Of a stretch of DNA of 64,000 nucleotides, positions 26,532 to 40,058 are shown in pieces. The position numbers and the translations under genes are program-made. Within the stretch, counting starts at the first letter, position 1, and each line of letters begins with the position of its first letter. The notes under the pieces were generated by a model. That model made no database searches. It was given only the letters and a program-made list of their open reading frames with translations, and had not been told where the DNA came from. Source of the DNA: Octopus vulgaris (Eukaryota); the NCBI GenBank assembly GCA_951406725.2, contig OX597822.1:95170001-95234000 (forward strand), read 5' to 3'.

Positions 26532-27570
26532 TTACTACAAGGTGAGCACAAGTGTATACGTACGCCGCTATATGTATATATAAATATAAAAATGGAGCAA
26601 AAACGCAGTAGAGGACAACAATTAGAGGGACTGGAAAAAGGACGGGTCATTCGTAGCCTTCTTTCTTCAGTCAAGTTACCAGATATCCTTACAGTTTCGG
26701 ACAGTTACACTTGAGACTGCACGATCTTTGGTTTTCCTGTCCGTGTTTGTATCGTCTGTCTGTCCGAAAGTTTTATTGTCCTCTATTGCGTTTTTGTTCC
26801 ATTTTTTTAAATATTTATATATACATATAGCGGCGTACGTACACCTGTTCTCACCTTATAGTAAGTATACATCTAAATTTTGTACGATTCTTTTACACTG
26901 TTTTTTAGTCCCCATCATATTTTCTTCCTCTTTTCTTTCTATCACTTCCCCTCTCTCACACATTTCTTGGCCCTCTCTTTCTTTAACTCTCACTTTTTCT
27001 CCTCGTTTATCTTCCCTCTACCTTTTCCTTTGTCTCTAATTGAAGGATTTTTCTAATCATTCAATCGCGCTGCCCCCTACTCCTCTCTCCTCTTTCCACG
27101 TGACCGATGCCGGCCAACCATGATCTTTCTCCCTTGGCCTGACTACCGACCACCAACACCTCTTATGTCCATCTCCTATGTTCTTGCCCTAAGGATTTCA
27201 CTTTATACACGCCAGCTCATTTTCATTCGCTCTTAGTCGAAAAACACCTGTTGTTATATTCTTGTTGTTTGTATTTGTAATTGTGAACCATGTTCTCTGT
27301 TTTTTGTCTTTGTTGCCGTACACATTTGCTAGCTTTCTTACAAATGATCTAATGCTCTTAGCTTAGACTTTCTGGGGGCAAACAGATCGAACAGTCTCAA
27401 GTGTAACTGCCCGAAACTGTAAGGACTTCTGGTAACTTGACTGACGAATGACCCGTCCTTTTTTTACCCTATCCATCTAATCGTTGTCTTTCCTGTCCTC
27501 CTTTATATCGTCTCTGTGTCCGAATGTTTTATTGTCCTCTATTGTGTTTTTGTTCCATTTTATATATATG
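26532..27570. mobile_element. Repeat family P: inverted partial copies plus a longer copy
   Basis: 26532-26620 is inverted against 26770-26864. 26910-27570 is the reverse complement of 36190-36870. Confidence 0.75.
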
Positions 27571-28608
27571 TCTCACGCGTGGACCACTCAACAACTACTT
27601 CAGGGGCATCCGGCGGTGCAGATGTATCTCATCGGGTGATAAGTAGACACAACTCGTTAAAAATAACAGTTCCGCAATGTAACTTTTCGTTTTCTAGAAA
27701 GAAAAGTCGCCAGACGGAGGAAATATCTTCATTTACATAGAAGGTCAAAAATGAAATCCCAGATGGCAAAAGAGAAACGAACACGCAATACAGCGAGAAA
27801 ATTATTAAAAATGACTGTGGATCTTGTTAGTTTCATCCGTAAAATGAGCCCACCTTTAATTTTGCTCAGCTTACCTTCAATTTTGGTGTATCGATGCAAC
27901 TCTGAAATTTGATTACGGTCAACCAATTACTCCGTAAATTAAAGAATCTGATGTTATTTGGAATTAAAGTTGGGAAATTTGGGTAATTTTAGCCAATCAA
28001 CAGACTGCGAAGCATTAACAGCTTGTTACCATGACAACTGCACGTAGTATTGTATTTCACTTCCCCCGCGTGTATTGATTCTTCACACTACGAGATTTAC
28101 TTCACCCACGGGTTTGTTTTTCCGTCAATTGTCTTAATATTTTACATGCTTTTCATATATAGCAAAAGTTGTTTGCAATTTACTGTTTACAGTTTCTTGA
28201 CATTATGAAGGTGAATGGAATATGTGAACTTAGTACACAACTGCACAACTACACTTCAAGTACAGTACTGACAAAACATCAGTGACTGACTCACCGACTC
28301 AGTATTGCCAAGCTTAATTGACTCATTGACTCAGATAGCTGGATTTATGATTCCACTAGGTTAACTCCATTCATAAGCATTTAAATTAGGAGTATTTCTT
28401 AAAGCATTGGTTTCACATTTCAACAGCTTAACTGAAATTTAGCCCATGTAACAGGAACTGAGAGGGATATCGTGGCACAGAGAAACTGTGGGCGATACAG
28501 ATAATTTGACATTATTTTTGAATTCTGCATGTAAAAACACAAGATACAGGTATTCTTTTGCTTGGGACAAATTCTTTGTTGACCAGTGTAATGCTTATCG
28601 TAGTTTAC

Positions 28609-28714
<106 letters not shown>

Positions 28715-29396
28715 TGTGCACTTATATATTATTGATGTAGACAAATACATGACAGGTATACATAATACTGAAATACGCATAAAGTAAACACATGCCGACA
28801 AATATATTAATATAACAAATTAAGAAAAAATAATAAACATATAATCAACGGAGAGACAAAAACAAACAGTAAGAGGATACATGTTGATTTTATTAGATAT
28901 TTCTGTTTATACAAGGAACAGGTCATTTCGCAGACGCTAAACTATAAATTTCACAGGGTACAACCTTAAAGTTGACACCACTCCGCTAAACGCAGAAAAT
29001 TTCTGTCTCGCTATTAGCTAAAAATACAGTTTTTTTCGATTTTTAAACCTCTAACATTTTCCTTTATTTTTTTTTTCTCCACAACATCATACCTTCATAG
29101 CAATAAGACTGGAAAACTACATTATTATAGCTGATTTTAAGATTTTTTATTTCCTTTATAAAAAATGCATATTTTGCGAATCAGTTGACTAGATCCATAA
29201 CTGTTTACAAGTATAGCTGTAAAAACGCCATCGGGCAAGCAGCAGGGCGCTAGCGCACTCGGTCATTTAAGCATCCGTGAAAATGTGAGCATACGCACCC
29301 GTGAGATTTGGCACACTCATGATCACAAAGCGAGTTAACTATCTAGTTGGTGTTTGTAAGTAAGGGGAGGTTAACAGTAAACTTAAATCATCCATT

Positions 29397-29545
29397 TTGC
29401 GGTTCGGCAAAAAGAGACCGATAGAATAAGTACTGGGCTTACAAAGAATAAGTTCCGGGGTCGATTTGCTCGACTAAATGCAGTGCTCCAGCATGGCCGC
29501 AGTCAAATGACTGAAACAAGTGAAAGGGTAAAAGAGTAAAGAGTA
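29397..29545 (+). mobile_element. SINE family A 3' fragment
   Basis: gcggttcggcaaaa...gactgaaacaag...taaaagag. Confidence 0.8.
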
Positions 29546-29644
29546 TACCTTAAAGTAAATTACGTTAACAGTTACTAAAAATTCATTCCCACTGCATATA
29601 TATATATATATATATATATAGGAGCTAACGATCTATCATGGCGT

Positions 29645-29694
<50 letters not shown>

Positions 29695-29746
29695 ACGCCA
29701 AGGAGAGAAAAAAATGCGTGTAGGAGCTAACGATCTATCATGGCGT

Positions 29747-29781
<35 letters not shown>

Positions 29782-29784
<3 letters not shown>

Positions 29785-29980
29785 GCCATGATAGATCGTT
29801 AGTTCCTACACGCATTTTTTTCTCTCCTTGTTTTTTTCTGTGTATCTTTCTGTCGAAGAGCGTAGGCTCGAAACGTAAAAGACTTTTTCTATTTCTATTC
29901 CTGAGCGCCATACTAATACAATTGTTTGTTTGTATTCCACCTGCCTTCGTCTTTTGTTTATTTTCGTAAACTTTCTCTTT
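29782..29980 (+). mobile_element. Family H repeat with a hammerhead-like fold, flanked by (TA)n
   Basis: tcttt-ctgtcgaa-gagc-gtag-gctc-gaaa-cg-ta-aaaga at 29845-29882. Confidence 0.75.
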
Positions 29981-29985
29981 ATATA

Positions 29986-30058
<73 letters not shown>

Positions 30059-30059
30059 A

Positions 30060-30126
<67 letters not shown>

Positions 30127-30518
30127 GAAAAAGATTAGAGATCTATGCAAATCAAATTTTTATATGTAAAAGATGGATGTGGCAATAGCACAGAAGTAAA
30201 TCTATGACATTTCAATTTAGAAAGAATTTAATAAAATGATTTAAAAATTATATACAGAAAATGTAGAATATTACCGGCTTCGATGACGAATCTCGTCTTA
30301 TTAAATATTAGTAAAAATTCATAAAAGTTTGAAGTAAAACCAGTTTATCTTCTGCTTGGTTACATATAGTTTGGCATAGAGTTGAAGGTGATAGAGATGG
30401 GGTGTAGTTGTCTATTGCCTAAAAAGAAAATCTGAATGGGTTTATGCCAAGATGGTGGCTGACAAGCATTTATTGAATGGGCTGTATGTCCACTTGTGTG
30501 TGAGTGTGTGTGTATGCG

Positions 30519-30565
<47 letters not shown>

Positions 30566-30608
30566 TGTGTTCAACGTTCATCTGTGTGCTGATGGGTGTG
30601 TATATCGT

Positions 30609-30991
30609 GGAAGCACTCCGTCGGTTACGACGACGAGCGTTCCGGTTGATCCGAATCAACGGAACAGCCTGCTCGTGAAATTAACGTGTAAGTGGCTGAG
30701 CACTCCACAGACACGTGCACCCTTAACGTAGTTCTCGGGGATATTCAGCGGGACACAGAGAGTGACAAGGCCGGCCCTTTGAAATACAGGTACAACAGAA
30801 ACAGGAAATAAGAGTGAGAGAAATTGTGGTGAAAGAGTACAGCAGGGATCACAACCATCCCCTGCCGGAGTCTCGTGGAGCTTTAGGTGTTTTCGCTCAA
30901 TAAACACTCACAACGCCCGGTCTGGGAATCGAAACCGCGATCCTATGACCGCGAGTCCACTGCCCTAACCACTGGGCCATTGCGCCTCCAC
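30609..30991 (-). mobile_element. SINE family B with TSD gtgtatatcgt
   Basis: Full-length copy; the 11 bp duplication is present on both sides. Confidence 0.9.
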
Positions 30992-31079
30992 GTGTATATC
31001 GTAATGAATGTCTTAAAGAAAAAAAAAAAGGATGTTCCTTCTTTGGGTTTGATGTTTTCTTTTGAGTGTCTCCATTTGT

Positions 31080-32020
31080 GTTTATGTGTGTGTGTGTATG
31101 TGTGTCTGTGTGTGTGTGTGTATGTGTGTGTGCATATGTGTATGTACGTGTATGTGTGTGTGGGTATGTGTATGTGTGCATTTGTGTGTGTGCGTGTGAG
31201 TGTATGAGTGTGTGTTTGTGTGTGTGTATGTGTGGGTATGTGTGAGCAGAGGTGTGTACATGTGTGTGTATGTGTGAGTGTATGTGCGTGTGTGCAGACG
31301 TGTGTGTTTGCGAAGTTTTCTTTTGTGTATGTATGTATGCATATGTATATGTACGTGTATGTGTGTGTGGGTATGTGTGTGTGTGTGCAATTGTGTGTGT
31401 GCGTGTGATGTATGAGTGTGTGTTTGTGTGTGTGTGTATGTGTGGGTATGTGTGAGCCGAGGTGTGTACATGTGTGTGTCTGTGTGAGTGTATGTGCGTG
31501 TGTGCAGACGTGTGTGTTTGCGAAGTTTTCTTTTGTGTATATGTATGTGTGTATGTGTGTGTGTGTGATTGTGTCTGTGTGTGTATATGTGTGTTGTGTG
31601 TGTGTGTGTGTGCAGATGTATGTGTGTGCATGTTTTTTGTGATGTTTTCGTTTGTCTATGTGTGGGTATGTGTTTATTTACGTATGGGTGTGTGTTTGTG
31701 TGTGCGTGTGCAGAAGTGTGCGCGTTTTTCTGTGATGTTTTATTTTGTGTGTGAGCGTATGTGTGTTGTGTATGTGTGCAGACGTTTGTTTGTGTGTGAG
31801 TGTATGTGTGTTGTGTATGTGTGTGTTTTTTGCGATGTTTTCTATTGCGTGTATGTGTGTGCGTGTGTGAAGAAAACACACACACAAAGGCACACATACA
31901 CTCACACACGCACACACATACACACGAATGAAAACATCGCGAAAAAACACACACACATACAAACACACAGCTGGAGACACCCAAAAGAAAGCATCACACA
32001 CACATATACACATACACACG
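31080..32020. repeat. Degenerate (TG)n/(CA)n block with an internal ~190 bp tandem repeat
   Basis: The unit gtgcagacgtgtgtgtttgcgaagttttc recurs at about 31290 and 31500. Strand polarity flips at about 31870. Confidence 0.75.
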
Positions 32021-32174
32021 GGTGGAGACACTCATAAGAAAACATTAAGCACGAATAAGGAAATCCCCAATTTTTTCTTTAACAAGACATTCATCACAAT
32101 ATACAAACCCATCAACTGACAGTTGCTCACATTCCAAACATATTGGAAGGATATTGAACACAACACACACACAA

Positions 32175-32590
32175 GGCGCAGGAGTGGCTGTGTGGTAAGT
32201 AGCTTGCTAACCAACCACATGGTTCCGGGTTCAGTCCCACTGCGTGGCATCTTGGACAAGTGCCTTCTGCTAAAGCCCCAGGCCGACCAATGCCTTGTGA
32301 GTGGATTTTGGTAGACAGAAATTGAAAGAAGCTTGTCGTATATATGTATATCTCTGTATATGTATGTGTGTTTGTGTGTCTGTGTTTGTTCCACTAGCAT
32401 TGCTTGACAACCGATGCTGGTGTGTTTACGTCCCCGTCACTTAGCGGTTCGACGAAAGAGACCGATAGAATAAGTACTGGGCTTACAAAGAATAAGTCCC
32501 GGGGTCGATTTGCTCGACTAAAGGCGGTGCTCCAGCATGGCCGCAGTCAAATGACTGAAACAAGTAAAAGAGAGAAAGAGAGAAAAGAGA
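32175..32590 (+). mobile_element. SINE family A, full length
   Basis: Head ggcgcaggagtggctg through tail aagtaaaagag. Confidence 0.9.
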
Positions 32591-32629
32591 GAATGCGCGC
32601 GCGCACACATAGACACACACACAGACACA

Positions 32630-32991
32630 CAGATGGACATAAAACCCATTCATTAAATACTTTTAAGCTACACCCCTGGCAAGAACCCACAGGTACTTTT
32701 ATAGGCAATAGACAACTACACCCTCTCTCTATCACCTTGAACTCTATACCAAAACTATGTTTAAAGAAGAATTCAACGAAAACACTCCAGAGATGTTTTT
32801 GATCTCCAAACAGAAGATAAACTGTTTTTGCCTCAAACTTTTATAAATGTTTACTAATATTTGATAAAATGAGATTCATCATCGAAACTGGCAATATTCT
32901 ATATTTTCTGTAAATAATTTTCATTGAATTCTGTGCTATTTCCACCTCTATCTTATATATATATATATATATACATACACACACACACACA

Positions 32992-33046
<55 letters not shown>

Positions 33047-33074
33047 TTATATATATATTTATATACATATATAC

Positions 33075-33109
<35 letters not shown>

Positions 33110-33338
33110 CATATTTACACATAAACACACACACACACGCACGCACACACACGCACACACACGCACGGAGTTTGATTCAGCACCACATCGCTTTAAGATT
33201 TGTGAGAATTAAAGATTCGTACGACATGTCCATCTTATCTGGCGATAAAAACATCTGCTCCTAACTGTTGAAATGTTACTAAATATATATGTAACTCCTA
33301 CGAGATATGTTGGAAGCTACTTTCCTTTGTTCTCCACA

Positions 33339-33397
<59 letters not shown>

Positions 33398-33833
33398 GTA
33401 TATACATACATGCAAATATATACACACATACACGCACAAATGCTAGTGATTCTGAATTCCTCGTGCATTTTTCAGATGGACATAAAACCCATTCATTAAA
33501 TACTTTTAAGCTACACCCCTGGCAAGAACCCACAGGTACTTTTATAGGCAATAGACAACTACACCCCCTCTCTATCACCTTGAACTCTATACCAAAACTA
33601 TGTTTAAAGAAGAATTCAACGATAAAAACTCCAGAGATGTTTTTGATCTCCAAACAGAAGATAAACTGTTTTTGCCTCAAACTTTTATAAATGTTTACTA
33701 ATATTTGATAAAATGAGATTCATCATCGAAACTGGCAATATTCTATATTTTCTGTAAATAATTTTCATTGAATTCTGTGCTATTTCCACCTCTATCTTAT
33801 ATATATATATATATACATACACACACACACACA

Positions 33834-33900
<67 letters not shown>

Positions 33901-33904
33901 TTAT

Positions 33905-33960
<56 letters not shown>

Positions 33961-34185
33961 TTACACATAACACACACACACACACGCACGCACACACACG
34001 CACACACACGCACGGAGTTTGATTCAGCACCACATCGCTTTAAGATTTGTGAGAATTAAAGATTCGTACGACATGTCCATCTTATCTGGCGATAAAAACA
34101 TCTGCTCCTAACTGTTGAAATGTTATTAAATATATATGTAACTCCTACGAGATATGTTGGAAGCTACTTTCCTTTGTTCTCCACA

Positions 34186-34248
<63 letters not shown>

Positions 34249-34294
34249 GTATATACATACATGCAAATATATACACACATACACGCACAAATGC
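32630..34294 (+). repeat. ~815 bp near-identical tandem duplication
   Basis: 32630-33443 matches 33473-34294 (cagatggacataaaaccc...cacgcacaaatgc). Confidence 0.92.
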
Positions 34295-34576
34295 ATATAT
34301 GCATATGTGTATGCATACATCCATGTACACACATAAACACACATATACAAGCACACTTATACATAAATGTTTATCTAAAAAGTAAATCTAAATTTGTTTG
34401 AAGAAACAAAAACCTATTAAGATAGACATGATAAAAACTATTGTTTTTTTCTTTAGACCATTTTTAAATTTCAAAGAAGTATTACGAATATTGTATTTTG
34501 ATAGAAATATGTTTTATATACATATAGATGCATGCATACATACATACATACATACATACATACATACATACATACA

Positions 34577-34609
<33 letters not shown>

Positions 34610-36129
34610 GTATGTATGTATGTACGTATGTATATGTATATGTGTGTAAGAGTATGTGTGTGTGTGTGTATGTATATTTATATATATCATTCAAGCACGG
34701 TAGTGGTTGAATATATTAAGTCCACCATTTCGTCAATCGCAGCAGCTTCCAAGTTTCACCATTAATTCAGTTCTCAACTAAATTGCAAATTGTTAACAGT
34801 CTTAAAGAGGACATCTCCTCAGCTACACTTTGGCATAAATAGTTTGAGATTTGGTTCAGTAGAAAAAAAAGTTACATCAAAATATCTGCGACCTTAAGTG
34901 AGGCAGTAAGGCACCTATTCACCTTCAATTAAGATAAACTTTTTAAATTAAAAGTATAACTTTCTTAGGCTTAAATGATAGAAAAATGCACGAGGAATTC
35001 AGAATCACTAGTCGCATTGAACAAAATTTAGTAGATAAAGAGCTATTAATTAAAATGTTACGAAATTTCCTGTCAGTAAGAGAATAAGGGAGTAACGCTT
35101 CAACTATAATAATGAAGAATATATTTCTAAAATCAATGTTTACTTTCTAAGGCGGCGAGCTGGAAGAAACATTAACACGCCGGGCGGACTGCTTAACTGT
35201 ATTTCGTATGACTTTACGTTCTTTGGGTTCAAATTTCGCCGAGGTCGACTTTGACGTACAGATTATTTCATTAATTTTCTTTTTAACTAAACACTTTCAA
35301 ACTTCCGATACTGGTAGAATGTGTCACATACAACAGGGTTTACTCTAAATATTTTGGATAAAATTTTGTATTTTAGAAGTTATTTCGTCAGAAGTTACAG
35401 AGTGACAATGGACAAATTCATGTTTGATAAGTGCCAATACACGAAACTCTCAGTTTTTGACTTACTCTCTAAATTCTGCCGATGATATATATACATATTA
35501 CATATATGTGTAAAAAAATCTCATCACGCAATCGAACCCATGAAAGAGCCTCTGCCTAGTAGCTCGACACGCTAAAAATAGCAGCCAAAGTATCTGCCTA
35601 CCCCTAATACACGTGACCATTGTATGTAATATCCTAGATTATTTCTAAAAAGACGGTTTGCTGAAGGCTGGAATGTCTTTGATAATACGTTTGCAGTATC
35701 AGTAACAACATCACGATTTTCACTAAGAAACAAAAAAATTGATTTTTTGCGTGGAATCAAGTACCCTGACCTCCTAATACGCTGCAAATCCCTTATTTTG
35801 GTTCTGAAAAAAAATATTTTATTATAGTTTACAAATAACACTATACTTATTTAAATAGAATTTGGCCAATTTACTACTTTAAATACAGAAAAAAGTGACT
35901 AATTAGACAAACTTACAAATTGGCTGAACAATTGTGTACAATAATTTTAAAAGATGAGAAATGTAAAGAGTGATAAATTAGAAGAACTGGCATTCTTTGC
36001 TGCAATATTTTAAGTAAAAAGTTTCTTATTCTTTACTTTACTTGACGTAATAGTTTGTCCTATACTTTTACAGGTGTAATAACTTGTCCTGTACTTTTCC
36101 AAGTTTATAATCTTAAGAATATTACTTTT

Positions 36130-36870
36130 CATGCTCGCACTTTCCCATGTAATATATAAATGTGTGTTTGTGTATATATGTGTATATGTATATACTTATA
36201 TAGACAGCGTATATATAAATATAAAAAATGGAACAAAAACACAATAGACGTCAATAAAACATTCGGATAGAGAGACGATACAAAGGCAGACAGGAAAAAC
36301 AATTTTTTAGGAAAAATAGAACGGGTCATTCGTGGCCTTCTTTCGTTAGTCAAGTTACCAGATGTCCTTACAGTTTCGGGTAGTTACACTTGAGACAGTT
36401 CGATCAGTTTGCCCCCAGAAAGTCTAAGTTAAGAGCATTAGATCATTTTTAAGAAAGCTAGCGAATGTATGCGACAACAAAGACAAAAAACAGAGAACAT
36501 GGTTCGCAATTACAAATACAAACAACAAGAATATAACAACAGGTGTTTTTCGACTAGGGGCGAATCAAATTGAGCTGGCGTGTATAAAGTGAAATCCTTA
36601 AGGCAAGAACATAGGAGATGGACATAAGAGGTGTTGGTGGTCGGTAGTCAGGCCAAGAAAGAAAGGTCATGGCTGGCCGAACATCGGTCACGTGGAAAGA
36701 GGAGAGAGGGGTAGAGTCAGCGGGATTGAAGGATTAGAAAAAAATCAAAGAGACAAAGGGAGAGGTACATGGGAGATAAACTAGGAGGAAAAGTGGGAGT
36801 TAAAGAAATGGAGGGCCAAGAAACGTGAGAGAGGGGGAGCGAGAGAAAGAAAAGAGGAAGAAAGTATGAA
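36130..36870. mobile_element. Repeat family P copy
   Basis: Reverse complement of 26910-27570. Confidence 0.8.
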
Positions 36871-37136
36871 GGTGTATTTATGCTAGTGTGTTTATGCCTC
36901 CGTAACTTAGTGGTTCAGCAAAAAAGACAAATAGAATAAGTAGTAGGCTCATTGTCAAGCGATGGTGGGGGGAAAAAACTCAAGCACAAAATACATACAC
37001 TCACCCTCACCACCCCAACAAAAGCAGCACACATACAAACAATAAACATCACACACAAACACACACTCATGAACATATATAAAGTTGAGATACAAGAGTG
37101 CAGGGAAACAGCAACGGCTATAAAGCATTATAAAGC

Positions 37137-37298
37137 AGCCGTATTTCGCCTGCTGTTACGTTCTGAGTTCAAATTCCGCCGTGGTCCGCTTTACCTTTCA
37201 TCCTTTCGGGGTCGATAAATTAAGTAGCTTAATCCGTTTGTCTGTCCTTGTTTGTCCCCTCTATGTTTAGCCCCTTGTGGGTAGTAAAGAAATAGGTT
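37137..37298 (+). mobile_element. SINE family C, 5'-truncated
   Basis: gtatttcgcctgctgttacgttctgagttc...gtagtaaagaaataggt. Confidence 0.8.
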
Positions 37299-38420
37299 AT
37301 AGAGCATTCAGTGCTAAGAAAGCAATGAAGTAACATTAATGAACAAATCCAGCTCTGTATGTATTGTTATAGTTTCTTTGAAATACAATGGAAGAAGAGC
37401 AGAAAATAATACGTCTAAGTACGTATGTATGTTTGTATGTATCCGTCCGTCCGTCCGTCTGTCTGCCTGTCTGTCTGTCTATAATACACACATACACATA
37501 TTTTAGTTTAGAGCTGTGGTTCCCAAACTTTTCGGGGCTGCTGCCCCGTGGAGGGAAAATATTGCAGAAGAGTCAGAAAGTACGTTAGAAATAGTGTTTC
37601 ACAAAGAGGAGCCAGCCTTCCGTAGTCTGGGAATATTGAAAAAAAGGGGTAGACAAATTATCATGATTTATAGGATCAAGTTGACTTTTAAACTTTTTTA
37701 ATTTGTTCAACACCATAGCGAACAAAGAAGCATGTGGAATCGGGCAAAATTCATCCCTAATATTTTGACGCGGTGGTACTGGCCACTGATCAAGAGAAAT
37801 CTGTATACATTGGGTTAGTCGTTTGATAGCTATCAAACTAACGATTGAGTCAGACACAGATATCTATATGTGAGCAGTTCTTTCATGTGTTATTCAACTG
37901 TTTACTGTAGTTGTTTTCAAGAATCAAAGTTCACGGAATGAATAAAGTTTTTGGAAATATTTACGAAGATTTTACTTGAAATGTATGAACATGAAAGCAG
38001 AACACCACGATGAAACACACATCAAACGACTCATTTTAATTTTACCCCACAGAGAAAGAAAAAAAAAGACTTTTTAAAACTCTATTGTTTAGCGTTTGGA
38101 CTCAAGTAAAAATGGTACTTAGAACTAGAAGTAACACTCCTCTACCTCAAAGGAAAAGTTAATCGAATAAACTATACAAAAGGCAAATAGAAATATAAAA
38201 GTTAGGTAAAAGAATTTTGATATTTTGCATTGCGGTACACACGGTATGAAAGAAAGGAGTGAGGGAGATTCTGTATACTTTAATATTAATGTGAACCGGC
38301 TTTAGGACGCCTTTCATGACAACATTCATGCACACATTTTGCCGAGCGAGGATGTTAGTGACATTGAAAGCAGTTTTGCCAACATTGTTTGTCGAAAGAA
38401 ATTGTTAAGCATAGATCAAA

Positions 38421-38657
38421 TACCTATTTCTTTATTACCCACAATGGGCTAAACACAGAGGGGACAAACAAGGACAGACATAGGTATTAAGTCGATTACA
38501 TCGACCCCAGTGCGTAACTGGTACTTAATTTATCGACCCCGAAAGGATGAAAGGCAAAGTCGACCTCGGCGGAATTTGAACTCACAATGTAATGCAGACG
38601 AAATACCGCTAAGCATTTCGCCCAGCGTGCTAACGTTTCTGCCAACTCGCTGCCTTA
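38421..38657 (-). mobile_element. SINE family C, full length
   Basis: Reverse complement of the family C sequence. Confidence 0.85.
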
Positions 38658-39139
38658 CTGCCAACTCGCTACCTTATAGATTAAATACCGAGGAAGATTG
38701 ATGTCTAGCAGCAGTGTGCCATAAAAGCATATGTCTCCTTGTTTGAGGAATTTGTCCAAGAAGGGACAGGAAGAAAATTGATACGAAAAGGAGAAGGCAC
38801 TTTCATTGTGCTCTCAGTAGAGCATATGAAGAAACTCTTTGCCGATGTATGGAGAACAGTGTTGTCTATCGACTGGAGCAAGGCATGCCGAACATAGACA
38901 AACAGAGACAGCTCGAAAATCAGTTGGTCATAGACTGATACCATAACAATTAGGTCAGCGTAATACAAAAGAGTATTCATAGTAAAACTGATATCTGATT
39001 TATTGTCATTTTTATAGTAGAATATATGTAGATGATAGTAAGTGTTTTTATATGCTTTATCTGGCGGAAGATACAGTGCCCACAATCTTCGCAGGACCTC
39101 TGAAACCGGTGAAACTGATGCCGTCAGTGCTCCAACTGA

Positions 39140-39440
39140 ACTGTTACAGAGAAGACTTGAATAGGGAGACGATACGAAAGAGACGACGTTTTGGTAAGGA
39201 AGTACCAGACAAAGTACGTACTGTTCTGGACCAGCGGATTGGACACAGTATGGTTCACGAGAGGAGGAGAGAGAATGAATCGGAAGTATCTGAATTGAGC
39301 AGCCAGCTCTGGGGAGCTACTGTAGTAGCGGTAAAATGAGAAGCGTGGAGGAAAGCACGGCCTCTGGGCCAGAGTGTCTGTGAGTGACTTTCTGTTAATC
39401 AGTCAAGAAATATTTCCTTTAAAGCATTCTAGGTTGCGAA
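39140..39440 (-). pseudogene. Probable CR1/L2-group LINE 3' relic
   Basis: Minus strand has degenerate ..RTVRTLSGTSLP..LFKSSL-like sequence, resembling LINE ORF2 termini. Confidence 0.35.
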
Positions 39441-39544
39441 TATCACTCGAGCTTTGTAGACGTGACAAAAATATTATGTCGTCAGGAGGGAAAGGATGAA
39501 CATCCAGAGCTGTGCACAGTTGTGGTCGTAGAAATACAAGTGAT

Positions 39545-39851
39545 TGTTTGCTTGTTCCTTCTCGAGCCATGCCTGGCTCATAAGGGCCGGTTTCCCGGTT
39601 TCTTGGCGTATAGGTTCCTCACCTGGACGGGATGCCGGTCCGTCGCAGGTGAGCTGCAAGATGCAGGAGGAAAGAGTGAGAGAAAGTTGTGGCGAAAGAG
39701 TCAGCAGAAGTTCGCCATTACCTTCTGCCGGAGCCGCGTGGAGCTTAGGTGTTTTCGCTCATAAACACACACATCGCCCGGTCTGAGATTCGAACCCGCG
39801 ATACCTCGACCGCGAGTCCGCTGCTCTAACCACTAGGCTGTGTGCCTCCAC
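39545..39851 (-). mobile_element. SINE family B2 (B-type head, different tail) with TSD aaatacaagtgat
   Basis: tRNA-like head; the 13 bp duplication flanks both ends. Second copy at 51356. Confidence 0.88.
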
Positions 39852-40026
39852 AAATACAAGTGATGAGACAATTTAACTATTAAATCTGAGAGGAACTAGA
39901 GATAGATGGATAGAGAAAGAGAGATGGATAGATGGATAGAGAGAGAGAGAGGGACAGGAGAGAGGGAGAGAGAAAGATATAAGGAAAGAGATAGAGATAA
40001 ATTAATAGAGAGATAGAGGTAGCGAA

Positions 40027-40058
<32 letters not shown>

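Noticed and set aside
28963-29555. accttaaagt direct repeat as a possible TSD
   Set aside because: No matching terminal repeats identified; could be chance in AT-rich DNA.
32404-32802. Recurrent ORFs such as TDAGVFTSPSLSGS and [15 protein letters not shown]
   Set aside because: Incidental frames through SINE family A copies.
37513-37790. hAT-MITE-like start ctgtggttcccaaact
   Set aside because: No convincing matching right terminus or TSD found.
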